Origin: the human T2T-CHM13v2.0 reference genome, Homo sapiens
Strand: one strand, 5' to 3'
Length of the DNA stretch: 64,000 bases
Assembly: GCF_009914755.1 (NCBI RefSeq)
Contig: NC_060925.1
Shown: piece after piece, positions 47,345-61,465 of the stretch
How positions within the stretch are numbered: position 1 is the first letter of the stretch
How the letters are laid out: every line of letters starts with the position of its first letter
Position numbers and translations under genes: made by a program
Notes under the pieces: generated by a model
What the model was told of the DNA's origin: nothing
The model's input: the letters and a program-made list of their open reading frames with translations, nothing else
Database searches by the model: none

Positions 47345-48205
47345 GTAGGTGGTCTCAGCCCAGCACCCAGGATCCCACCGCCACGAAAGTCAGACATCTG
47401 CAGACAGCACGTGGGTGGAAGCCTTGCGCTCTTTCCTGTAGCAGGCTGACTGCGGTTGGGGTTTTTGTTCTAGAATCAGGAATCCTCCCTGGACTCTGTC
47501 CTGTGCTCTTGGCTTTTCACCAGGAGTGACCAATTCCTGAAAGGCAGGACCATGTCCTATTGGTGGAGAGAATTGTGGATGGGGTTCTGGGCCGGTAACT
47601 CTACCCTGATTGGTCAATGGAATTCTGTTTGCTCCTGTGTGATTGGTTAAGTCATTCATTGCCTCGGGGTGCTGTTAGAAGTCACAGGACCTGCTTTGGA
47701 TGAAGTCAGAGAGATAATGTGGGCGCTGATGGTGGTTATTGGTGAGTTTGGGGAACAGGACTTGATAATGCCGGAAGTCCCAATGAACTTGAGGAACTGA
47801 TGGGCTCATTTTTTTGTAGCTTCAGCAGGCTCCCAAATATCCGTGGGGGAAGGGATGAAGTGCCCCCTGCCACATGTCTGTGGTGAGAATCCACTGCACA
47901 TGATCCAAACTGATCTGAAGAGCCATAGTGTGGCAGAACAGTGAAGCCTGTGGAATGGGTCTAAATCCCAGCTCTACTGCTCAGGGGTCTCTGAGGCAAG
48001 TCAGCATCTGTGAGCCTCAGTTTATCCCCTATTAAACAAAGAGAGTCTGTAACTAACGTCTCAACAAGAGGTGCTTGCCACATTCAATATGCTAACAGGT
48101 CAGAGCACCTAGCCCAGAGCCTGGCACGAAATCAGTGCCAAGTAAATATTAGTTCTCTGGCCCTCCCAGTGTCAGGACAATGTAATTAATATGGGAAACC
48201 CATTA

Positions 48206-48834
<629 letters not shown>

Positions 48835-50478
48835 TTAATTTGTGTAGTTGAGGGTTAATTGCCTTTCAGCTGCATCGTTTATTTATGGGAAAACCCTTGA
48901 GTAAGTCCCTTCCCCTTTCTATGCCTCAATTTTCTCATCTATGAAATGGAGATAAGCCCAGTACTTGCCTCCCAAGGTTGCTGGGGATTGAATGAGATGA
49001 TCTGTGGAAGGCAGTCAGCTCAGGTCTGGCACAGAGTGAGTGCCCAGTACCTGTAGGCAGCTGCCTGCGGAGCTCCTAATGGTGACGTATCAAGCCCTCT
49101 CAGGGTCCGCAGTATGAAGGGTGATGCCACTTACTTGGCTGACCTTGTCAGCCCCTGCACTAGTCCTCACCAGGCCACCCCACTCTCTTGCTGGGATCCC
49201 AGGTGAGCTAAACCCTGCACATGGAATACAGCCTGTCGGCCAGAATGTCTTCCCTGGGGACCCCAGTTGGCTTCTTTGAGGTTCAAGGTCATGGCCTCCA
49301 TCTCACTAGTGCTAACCTTCCAGAGCCCTTGAGATGAGTCACAACAGGATCCCTGAACTGGCTGGGGGAGGACACTGCCGAGATCCAAGCTTTCCACACC
49401 CAAGAATAGGGTCCAGGCGTGGCTTGGTGGTACAAAACAAATTTGGGGGAGTGTCCTTAGAAAGCTGAAGAGGGTCTTTGGGGTTCTGTGTGCAGCTGTC
49501 TTGCTTTGGAGATGGAGGGCCCCAGTACACATTGGCCAGGCCAGGGTTGACAATCCGGCGCACCTGACTCCATGACCACTGCTTTTCCTAGCCCGCCCTG
49601 TCTCACTGTGGGCTGAGGTTTATCCCCAACACAGGACTCTGTCACAGGACAAAAGAGAGACTTAGCAAAGAAGGGGCCCCAGGCCTCCAGAGTGTGGGTC
49701 GGGGATGGGAAACCAACCCACTGGTGTGAGCAGTGGATCAAGGGGAAGTATCTCCCCCATGGCAAGGAGACTTCAGGGTTGGATGACGTGTTTTCCATCC
49801 TCTCCTGGAAGTTCCTAAGTTGGACGCCCAGCCCTCCACCCAGCCCAGAATTTTACTGAAGCTAAAAGCGAGAGGCCTCCAGCCCATTCCTCAGGGCTGG
49901 GAGGCTGACATGATGAATCGGAGAAGCTCAGAGGCTCCCATCAAAGGTGTGAAGACAGATGGAGGGTCTGACCGGGGCAGAGGGGACCAGGAGGTGAACA
50001 GCTGCTGGAGGAGGGCGGGTGCAGGGGCAGCAGGGCAGGCCGTGTGTGCTTCTGTGCATGTAAACCGCAGAGGTTAACCTGCGAGCACTTCCTGAAGGAC
50101 GGGTGCAGCGAGCAGGGCGGGAGTTTCTGGGTCTTGTACAAAAGCTCCCGGGGTTGCTAGGCTCCGACTCCCACTGCCCTCCCTCCTCACTCTGGGCAGG
50201 TGGACTTGACACCATCAGCACATCACTGTGGTCCTGGGAGGTGTGGGGCCAGGAATCCTCTGTGTATAAGGATCTGCAGGGAGACGCCCTGTGAGGACAG
50301 ATCTGCCTCCTGCATCCTCTCTTCCCAACAGGACCGGCTTCTCTATAGCTCACCTGGGCAAGAGGGACAGGTTAAGCTTCCCCGCTGGGCTGTGGGGTAG
50401 GCACACTGTCCCTTTCCCCAGGATGGCAGGTCCCTGACACATTGCCCAGATAGATGTGGACCTCAAAACTGGAAGGAA

Positions 50479-50829
50479 TTTTTTTCTTTTCTTTTCTCTC
50501 TCTCTCTCTTTTTTTTTTTTTTTTTTGAGACAGAGTCTAAGTCTGTTGCCCAGGCTGGAGTGCAGTGGCGCGATCTTGGCTGATTGCAACCTCCGCCTCC
50601 TGGGTTCAAGCAATTCTCCTGTCTTCGCCTCCAATTCTCCTGTCTTCGCCTCCTGAGCAGCTGGGATTACAGGCCCCTGCCGCCACTCCCAACTAATTTT
50701 GTATATTTAGTAGAGACAGGGTTTTGCCATGTTGGCCAGACTGGTCTTGAACTCCTGACCTCAGGTGATCCACCCACCTTGGCCTCCCAAAGTGCTGGTA
50801 TTACAGGCGTGAGCCACTGCGTCTGGCCG
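50479..50829 (-). mobile_element. Alu
   Basis: Reverse Alu with a 21-bp internal duplication caattctcctgtcttcgcctc; TSD GGAATTTTT. Confidence 0.93.
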
Positions 50830-51383
50830 GAATTTTTGTTCTTACAGAAGCCAAAGGGGCTTACACTGGAGGATGAATTTGTGGCTCTACCGAGAACCTG
50901 GACAGACCCGGGTTAAGCTAGCTGTGCATCACGCTGGCCAGCTTGCTACTACCGTGGGGAAGACATGCCTCCTCCAGTGGCTTGACCCAAGTCCCTTGTC
51001 TCAAACCCAGCCTGGGAAGTGGGGACCACAGAACATCAAGGACTCCATGCAGAATCTCAAGGAAAAGCCATTTACTCATCTCATCTCTGCACGTGCCCCC
51101 TGGCTTGGAAGGGAGTCACTAACATAGTGAATATTTATAGAGAACCTACTATGTGCCAGGCACTGTTCTAGGCACTTGGGATAAATCAGTGAACATGAGA
51201 GGAAGACCCTTATATTGTCCTAGTGGAGGTGACAGTACAACAGGGTCAGACAGACAAAAAATATAATTTTAAAAGGCATACAGTATGTTTAATACCAGTG
51301 TTGACAAGGACAGCTGAATTTTCTGGAGCCCTTCTGACTTTCAGATCCTGCTCTGGGTGTTTTACTTATATTAATCCACTTAA

Positions 51384-51773
<390 letters not shown>

Positions 51774-52317
51774 TGAATCTTAGTTACTTGTTCTGTCTTC
51801 CTGCCTCTCAGAAATGCCCTCACTTGCACTCTTTTTAGAGATTGGCTGGTGCAAGAAGAAACCATCTAGGGAAGCCACCCCCCATCTATGGAAGCCACCC
51901 CCTTCAGTTTGGTGGAGGAAATAGCTCATTCGACTCATGTGGTGGATGAGAAAACTGAGGCCAATGACTCAGGTTAGGGACCAATAGGCAGAGCTGAGTT
52001 ATATGGGCAAATGCTTTTCAGGAGGTTTAGATACCCTTGAGGCTTGGTTCCCTGATCGTCTCCCCTACCCACCCAAGCCCCAGCCTAATAGGATTAGGGA
52101 TTAGGCACTCAGCACATGCATGTCCCTGGCTTTGTGCACTGGGTCCTTCTGAAGAGATGTAGGGAAAAGGAATCCTGCTCATGAGACCTCATTCCTGATA
52201 ACGTTCATCTGGGGTTAGGATCATAGACTACCCGCAACCCCCAGCCCACTCTCTCCCCTCTGCTCCGGGCTGAGGGCCAGTTACTTGGACAACGACTGTA
52301 AGAAAACAACTTAGAGG

Positions 52318-52620
<303 letters not shown>

Positions 52621-55600
52621 ATAAAATGACTTAGGATGAAAGGAACCTTTTGTAACGCAAATGACTTTGAATAATGTGACACCTGCAGATTCATCCCTTC
52701 ATACCAGCCCCTGTCTAGGAATCCCAAGCAGGCCAGGCTCTTAGGAGTAGTGACCACAGGCAGAAAGGAGAACACAAGGCTGGCCCTTCAGGGATCTCCA
52801 GTCTGGTGGGGAAGACACAGCCCCTGTCTTCAGGAACTCATAGTCTGACGGAAGAGACAAAACCCTCATCCTTAGATGCCTTAGTCTGATGGTGGAAGCA
52901 CAGCCCTCTCTTGGAACAGAGCTCCAAGAGACAGGTGGGGGAGACAGGCATCAGAAAGTCATTCAGAGCTGCAGTATTTGGCAGGCTGAGATCCCAAGCA
53001 AAGAACCAGGAGAAAAGTTCTGCCAGTTTCGAGGGTCCCTTGGGTTGAAGGCTGCAGGCAGGGTGCCTTGTGCTGGAGGCTTCCTCAGGGCCCAGGTGGT
53101 GTGTGCCAGGTGGGGCTGGGAGGTGTGGTTAGCTGGAACTTCCTCATCTCCCAACCTTTTTAAGATGCCAACTATATCAGAGTAGGAAGTGGAAACTGAG
53201 GCCCAGAGAGGGCCCAATCTCCCCCGAGATTTTCTGAAAATCACACGGTTGGGTTAGCGGCATCCTTGGCTGGGGTCTGGAGGGCTCCTGCCACGACCTC
53301 GTGGAAGGGGCGTCTGTCTCCCCAGCACCGCTCCTGGTGCTCTTTTGTAATGTCCCATACTCATCGTCTCCTTTGTTCCTTTCTGGAGCTTAAAACGAAG
53401 GAAGCCATAAAGGGATTTACATATTTACAATTTCCCCACACACCGACCTAATGAAGAATATTCTCTAAGTGTGCAGTTAACCACACAACCACGATCACGG
53501 CCAACCAGCCTTTCTGTCCTTTCCTGCTTCTTGATACCCTTCTCTCCGGTCCAGCCTGTGCCTTTAGTAATTACGGCGACAGCAATGGCAGAGATCATGC
53601 TTACAGAGGGCCAGGTCCCGATGGGCCTGAATGCTGACCCCACTTGCCCTCCTTGACTCTTGGCTGTTATCTTGTGACCCTCGTTTTACAGATGAGGAAA
53701 CCTTCCTTGTCCAGGGTCCCCTATCCATCCAACCACCTAAGAAACATTTATGGAGCCTCTTCCAGGTGCCAGGTTGTGTGCTAGGATCTGGCAAGTGGCA
53801 GAGTTAGGATTCCAACAGTGGCTCCAGAGCTCACGATGCTACTGTGTTGTATCTGCCTGGTGAGGTTGGTCTGGTGGTCCATCCAGGGAAGCTGAGGTCC
53901 TAAGTCATAGGGGCAATTAATGGCAGAGTCAGGTTCAGAGTCGCTGTCCCCAAACGCCAAGCTTCCTCTTTCCTCCTGAGACCCACAGAAATCAAGCTCA
54001 AGGCTTTACCTTTATTTATTTGTGAATGGGGTCTCCTGGGTGCGTCTTAACAGCACATGCCCAGTACTGCCCTCCTGGCATTGTCTGAGGCCTCTGGGCA
54101 GCCAGTTCAGCAAGAAAAGACATTCCATCAATGGCACACCTACTGGACGCCAGATCCCATGTAAGCACTTTGCCTATCTGAAGTCATTCCAGCCCCACAG
54201 CAACCCTACTCTTGGGGAAATAGGCTCAGAGAGGTCAAGTCACTTGCTGAAGGTCACAGAGCAGGTGAGTGATGGAGATGGGGTTCTAATTCAGGTCTGC
54301 CGGACCCAGGAACCTCACCACCACTTGACTCTCAGCAAGACACGACCAAGACAGTCCTCTTGCCCTAGGGAACTGAGCAGTGCCACTCACACAGTGGACA
54401 CTGGAGATTCCTACCTCTCTCTCCTATCACTTCCTCTTCATGCCCCCACCCCTTCATTGGCGACACTGCGTTTATAATAGGCATTTAAAATGAGTCTTGC
54501 TGGACCAGGGACGAGGAAGGAGGAGGGAGCGAGAGATTTGTAGGCAGGAAGATGGGGAGGGGGATTGTGGGGTGTTAAATAGCCCAGAATTTAAAAAAAA
54601 ACTGATGCAAATCACTGGTAGGAGAGAAAATTATGTGCAATTACGTCCTGATATTGGAAGGTTTTGCCTAGCCCAGGCAACAAGATCTCATTAACAAGCA
54701 GAAAATAAGATTGAAATGGTGTGTAAAAGAGCTGAAAAATGAATTTGAATGCTGCGTTTGTCCACAATTACCCCCTCCTTCACACATATTTTATTGCAAT
54801 TTTTTTATTATTCTTAATCTCTCCATTCCTCAAAGCAGATTGGGGACATCCTGGCATTACCAGGGCGTCAGGAGGAGGTGTGGAGGATTGCCTGCCCCGC
54901 TGAAAGGAGACCCTTCTCTCGCACATTTTCCGAGGTTGGGTTTTGGAGGGATCAGAATTCATTTCTCCGGCTTAGCAGGTTGTAGGAACATGGGGCTTTA
55001 ACCCCAGCTGCGCGCTCCTCTGCGCCCCGCCCAGCCCTTCCTTCTCCTCCCTTCCTGGGCGAGTCTCCTGCTGCCCGCTTCCTCCCTTTGCCTTCTCAGG
55101 GTCTCTTTCAGGCCTCCGCTTTCTCGGGAGGCCTCTCCCTCAGGCCCCATGGGTAGAAGGAAGCCTGGAGCGAGAGAAACTGTGCCACCTGTGCCAACAA
55201 GCAGCCGTGAGTTGGAGCTCTGGTTCTGCCATTTACTAAATTGCTGTGTGGCCCTGGCACAGCTTGCTTAACCTCTCTGGGCTTCCTTTTCCTCATCGGA
55301 AAACAGGGGTAATCATTGCTACCTCTCAGGGGTTGCTGTGAGAACTAAGGGAAAATTCAAATTAGGTGCCTGGTGCAAGTAGGAGCTCACTAAATGTGCC
55401 CTCGTCACACCCCCCTCACCTGTGCCCTGGCCTCCACCTCTGCCTCACTGCCATCCCTTCTGTTTCCTTCCCTCTGTTCCCTTCTTTTACTTCCCTGCTC
55501 TCCTTGACCCCCTTCAGTTAACTGGACAATGCTTGAGTTGGTTTCCTATCCAGGGCAATGTAAGGGGTTCTGCTGACCTAAGTCTGGGGAGGAGAAGGTG

Positions 55601-56168
55601 CCAGGTGCAGGGGGTTCCCTCTCTGCAGAAAGCAGGGGAAAGGCTGTCTCCTGCTCCTCCCTCAAGCCCCTGGGGAAGGACGAGCTGATGGAGGAGTGCT
55701 TGACTCAAGTTGGCAGGGCATGGGCTGAGTGGTTTTTCCCAGGATTAGGGGAAAGCTAACTGAGTCATCCCCCCACCCTCCAACACACATCCCCACACCC
55801 CTGTTTCTCTTTCTCTTCATGACCAGTGCGGTTGGTACAGAGTCAGGGGTCAGTTTGTGGAGTGGACCAGGAGTCCGTGGCTGGATCTTCTTGGACCTGA
55901 AGCCGAATGACATTTTTCAGTGTCTGCCCTCCCCAACTGGCCTTCTGCACCCAGGAAGAGCCCAGCTCCCAGAGACTGCTCCCCTGCCCCACCCAAACCA
56001 CATCCACCAGCCCCTGGTCACAGCATCAGGCTAACAGTTAGGCTGCCCGTCCACTCTGCTCATCAGGCAGCCCCCAATCCCCCAGGGCTTTTTCCCCCGG
56101 TTCTCTTGGCGAGGCCAGCCCCAGGGTAGGGATGAACTGCAAGGCTCAGGGAAGCAGCCAAGGCGTAG

Positions 56169-56235
56169 GTGTGAACTGATGGTCAGTGTGAATTGATGGT
56201 CAGTGTGAATTGATGGTCAGTGTGAACTGACGGTC
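56169..56235. repeat. 17-bp minisatellite x4 (GTGTGAAYTGATGGTCA)
   Basis: Four near-identical tandem units read directly from the sequence. Confidence 0.95.
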
Positions 56236-56845
56236 GCTTTAGTCCTTGGCCCTGAGCATCCTCAGCCCTTCCAGAACCTGGGGAGACAGACCCGGCCAAG
56301 ACCCTGCTCTCACATCCAGCTCCATCTTTGTCCACAGTTAACCCACCTCAGTGGGAAACGCTCAGTTATTTCCCCCCGGCAGCTCCTCACCAAACAAAAC
56401 CACCTGCTCAAGTCCATCAGAGGCCTCAGCTCCAGCCCACAAGGGAGCGGCCTGGGCAGAGCCTCTTCTCCTGTGAAAATAGACTCGTGTTTATGTCTCT
56501 GCCTTTCCTACCCCTTTTTCCTGGGTGGAGGGAAATGAGGGGGCAGGGGAGAAGGAGGAAACCCCTCCCGGAAAGAAAGGCTAAACCAGGATTAGGAACT
56601 TTCCAGACTGCTGCTGAGGGGAGTGGAGCATGCCTATGAGTAGGCTCTGCTAGGAACTGGGAGGCCTGGCGGATTGCCTGGCTTTCAGGGTGACATTAGA
56701 GCCCTTGGATCATTGAAGGAGAAGTGGGAGAGCAACCCTGACCTTGCCTCTTTTCTTAGAGAACTGGGTAGAATTCTGGGAAGATATCGGGTCTTCAGCC
56801 CACCTATCTGAGTCCGAACAAGAGGTGGGTGGAGGGTGGCCTTCA

Positions 56846-57175
<330 letters not shown>

Positions 57176-57987
57176 TTATGCCCACCAGCAAAACATCTTC
57201 CATCCAAACTCCACACCTCCAGAGGGTGTGGGCAGGAGCTGACCTCTGCCCCTTTACACAGATGGAGTAGAGGCCTGGTATAAACAAGTGGGGAAGGGGA
57301 AAGTAGCCTGCTTGGAAGCTCTAGATGTTTCCACACACCACTGTTGTCAGGGACCATGGTCTTCAGTAGGACCACAGGCAGCATGGCAGTACTTGGCACA
57401 CAAAATCTTGGTGTGACACTTGTATTATAACTAGGTGTCTGGCAGGTAACGGACCACCACCAACTGTTGGGCAACCCGCAGGCATACAGCAGGCCTGGTG
57501 AGACACAGCTGTAGTCCATTCTCAGGAGGATTTTGAGGCAGCTGATCATGTGGTTTGCACTTGAATATCATTACATATGATTCCCTTCAAATTCATTTAT
57601 CTAACTCCACTTAACAGCCTAGAGGGAGACTCAAGAAAGAAATATGCATGGCTGTCTCTGCTCTTATACTTTGGAGAGACAATACTCCTCATCCCACCCC
57701 AGAGATAAATTAGAGTATTCATTGTAGACAATTTAGTGTGATTTCTAGTCAGACAGGAAGACCAGAGGAAGTCTAGAGGAGGGAGGGCATAGTCAGAGAA
57801 GGCTTCCTGGAAGAGGAGTTCCAGAGGGAAGACTGGATTTGCACAGGGATAAAGGAAGGGGTAGGAGGTTGGTGCCGACCAGACAGCAGCAAATGACATG
57901 GCAGATGTGAAAACAGTCACTAATTTAGGCACATCGTGGACACAGTGGAATGAACATACAGACCAGGGCTCAAATGCTCACGTGCTC

Positions 57988-58268
57988 AGCCGGGCACAGT
58001 GGCTCATGCCTGTAATCCCAGCACTTTGGGAGGCCAAGGAGGGTGGATCACTTGAGGCCGGGAGTTCGAGACTAACCTGGCCAGCATGGTGAAACCCCGT
58101 CTCTACTAAAAATACAAAAATTAGCCGGGCATGGTGGTGCGTGCCTGTAGTCCCAGCTACTCGGCTGAGGCAGGAGAATTGCTTGGACCCCGGAGGCGGG
58201 GGCTGCAGTGAGCCGAGATCTAGTCACTGCACTTCAGCCTGGGTGACAGAATGAGGCTCCGTCTCAAA

Positions 58269-58303
<35 letters not shown>

Positions 58304-58312
58304 ATATACAAA
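57988..58312 (+). mobile_element. Alu with (AAAT)n tail
   Basis: Full dimer. Confidence 0.93.
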
Positions 58313-60894
58313 AACAAATTCTAGCTCCTCTACTTATTTGCTGTGTGATCACAGGCAAGTTATATGAGCGCTCAGAGCCTCATTTTACTCATCTGTGAAA
58401 TGGGGCCTCTGCCACTCACCTTGCAGGCTTATGAGAATTAAATGCGATTGTTCATGTGAAACCCTTAGTTCCACACCCGGCATCTAGTAAGAGCTTAAGA
58501 CAATGTTCCTCTTTCTGCTTCTCCTCGCCCTGAACAGAAATTGAACTCCAGAAGTCTTGCTAGGTTTCTCTACCCAGGCAATTTCCTTTCTGGTCAAAGG
58601 TTGGAAACTCAGGAGATCCAAGTTTCCTCTAGACTCTGCCTCCAAACCACCATGTGATCTTGATAGAGGCCTTACTGCTGTGGGCCTCAGTTTCCCCATC
58701 TGTGCAATGAAAGAGATGGACCAACTGCTAGCAGAGAGCCTTCCTATTCAGAATCAGTGATTCTGTGGGTTACTTGTACATCCAGGGGAGTCACAGCCTC
58801 CAGATCTGCGGGCAGGGCTGGCCCGCCTCTCAGTCGTACATCCGCACCTCCTTCCTGCCTCCTGAGAAGCCTAGCAGGCCCGGGTTTAGCCTTCCAGAGC
58901 TGCATGGCTTGGTGGGAAAGAATGCAAATAGTGGATCTGTCCTTCTTTCTGATTAGCACAGGGACTGGGGACGAGACAGTACAGCAGACAGAAGGAAAGA
59001 AAATGAGGGAGATTAGGAATTAATACAGCAGGCAGACTTAGAGTTTCTCAGGCCTGTCCCTGGGGTCCCCTGCAGGAGGAAGGCCGCTGGGATGGTTGGG
59101 CAATCGGGCCTGGGAGGCCAGGCAAGATCGCAGGTAGGAGAGACGGGGGGTGACTTTGAGGGTCCCCAAAGGAGACTTGTGCTCTCCTCTGCCTCCAAGC
59201 CTTTGTACCTGCTGCTCCCTTGGCCGGGAACACCTTCTCCACCACCCCATTGTCATCTCAAGCCCACCCGTACTTCTTTTTTAAGACTTGGCTCCCTTCC
59301 ATGAAGCTTTCCTTCAGGACACCCCCCACACGGTGGGTTAGCTGTGCTTTCCCTGTGCAGTTACCACATTTTATCAGTACATTAAATGTATATATTGATA
59401 TAAGTAATACAGTATGTCTGTATTGCTACACAAATATTATTAAATAGTAATAAGTAAAATGTTTTAGCATTTACCACAAGCCAGATGCTGTGCTAAGTCA
59501 GCTACATGAATTATCTCATTTAATCGTTATAACATCCCCTTGGAGGAAGTGCTGGAATGATTATTTCTGTCCTACAGATATAGGGACAGAGGCATGGAGC
59601 AGTTTAAATAATTTGTCCAGGGTAAGTTGCTCTTTAAGGCAGGAGAGCAGGGGGGTCAAGATGCATGCTAGAATCCCAGTGCTTGGGCTCAATCCCCAGC
59701 ATTGTCACTTCCTACCTGTGTGACCCCAAACAGGCTCTTCCCTGCCTCTGTTTCCCCTTCTGTAAGGTGAGGCTAATAATCATGCCCATTTTATAGAGCT
59801 AGCCTGAGAAGTGTGTTCATATATGCAAAGCATGAAGAAGAACAGCTAGCATAATATGAGGTAGCTGTTTGCAGATGGGGTCTGAGGCTCCAGCAGGTGC
59901 CACCAGGGGCCAAGGTCACAGTGAGTTAGCGCAGGGCCGGGATGCAGACCTCCTGTTGCAGAATTCATGTTCCCTCAACACCTTTGCAGCTGTCTCTTCC
60001 ACACTCATTTCCCATCTTCTTTCCATCAGCCTTTTCCATCCTGTTCCCCCCGCTCCTTCTTGTCCCCCACTCTAGGTTCCTGCCCTGCTCCCACCTCAGC
60101 CCCAGGGCTCCCTAACCTTCCCCACCGGCCCTTCTCTCTCCTGGCCCTTTCCCCGGCTGTGAACACGCTTCTCCAACACCTTTTTCAGTGGGGACGGGTG
60201 TCCTTGGCCACCAGGGGAGTTCTGCTAAGGGCAGGGGAGGCTCCTCCCTTGGAGCTTTGGAGAACATCAGAGACCTGGGTCGGGTCCCCCAGGACATTGT
60301 TGGAGGCCTTTGGAAGGATGGGCCTGGGTGCGCCCTAATTCCTGCGCACCTCGGCCTTGTCACTCCCCCACTCTGTGGCTCTGTCGCCTTCTGAGTGATA
60401 AGGGCCTGCACTTTCTTGAGAGGGTGGACAGCCTCCCCCACCCCTCAGCCCAGCCAGGCCTGCCTTTCACTTTCTCCTCCAGCCATTCGTGCCTCCCTGT
60501 CCCCTGCCACAGCCCAGAACTTTCTCTTGGGCTCAGTTGATGGGAAATCCACGTCTGTTTGTTGTTTTTTTTGTTTTTTTTTCACACACTCTCTGCTTCC
60601 TATTTCTTTCCTTTCCCCACTTCCTCTTTTCGCCCTTCGCGCCCCATTTCCCTTCGCCCCCTGTGCCACCACCCCCTTGCTCACCGTCTCCCTGATCGCG
60701 TCATAACCCTGAGAATACCTCCAGCCTGGGTCCTCTCTCCACCCACTCCATTCTCTCAAACCCTCATTTCCCTCTTTGCCTGCCTCCTCCCATAGCTGGC
60801 CTCGCCTCTACCCATTCTCTTCCCCCTAATCTCTCTCATTCTCCTCTCCTCTCTCATTCCGCACCCAACAAACACCTCTTCCCCCTCCATCTTC

Positions 60895-61465
60895 AGCCCC
60901 TGCGCGCCCCCCTTGCCCTTGCCCTCTCCCCCACCCCCGTGTCCCCTTTCCGAATTCCTCCGCTGCTGGTGGGCTCCGAGGCAGGGACCGGGCGCGGGCT
61001 CCCGAGGCCGGGCGGACCCAAGTCCAGGGCGGGGGTTGGGGCGGCGGCGCGGAGCGGGGATCGGGTCTGGGGGGATCCGCGCGGCCGCCCCTCCCCGCGC
61101 TCCGCCGCCGCCGCCGTCGCCGCCGCGCCTTTGATCCATGGCCCGAGGCCGCCTGACAGTGGAAAATGCGGGGAGACAAAACCACTCAGTCAAAGTGATT
61201 CCCAACAACTGTCTCCCCGAGATAAGGACGCCCTCGGGCTCGGCGGCCTGCTTAATTCCCGCTGCCCGGGCCTGGGATCCCGAGCAGCCGCGCGCCTGGC
61301 CGCCCCCCGGACTGCGGAGCCGCCGCTCGCTCGTCCAGTCTTGGTCGCGGGGCCTCGGCCGTCTCGGGACGGGGCAGGCGGCGAAGGGACGGGCAGCCGG
61401 TAAGCAAGACCCTTGCTGCCTGCTGGAGAGAGAGGCTCCCTCGGGAGCGCCCCGTTCCCCACCCG
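60895..61465. promoter_or_regulatory. Intragenic CpG island
   Basis: Abrupt very high GC and CpG density against a CpG-depleted background. Contains GGGCGG GC boxes, a (CCG)n run near 61102-61126 and G-runs. Confidence 0.9.

Noticed and set aside
56169-56235. CRISPR-like repeat array
   Set aside because: Units are directly tandem with no spacers, in a eukaryotic intron.
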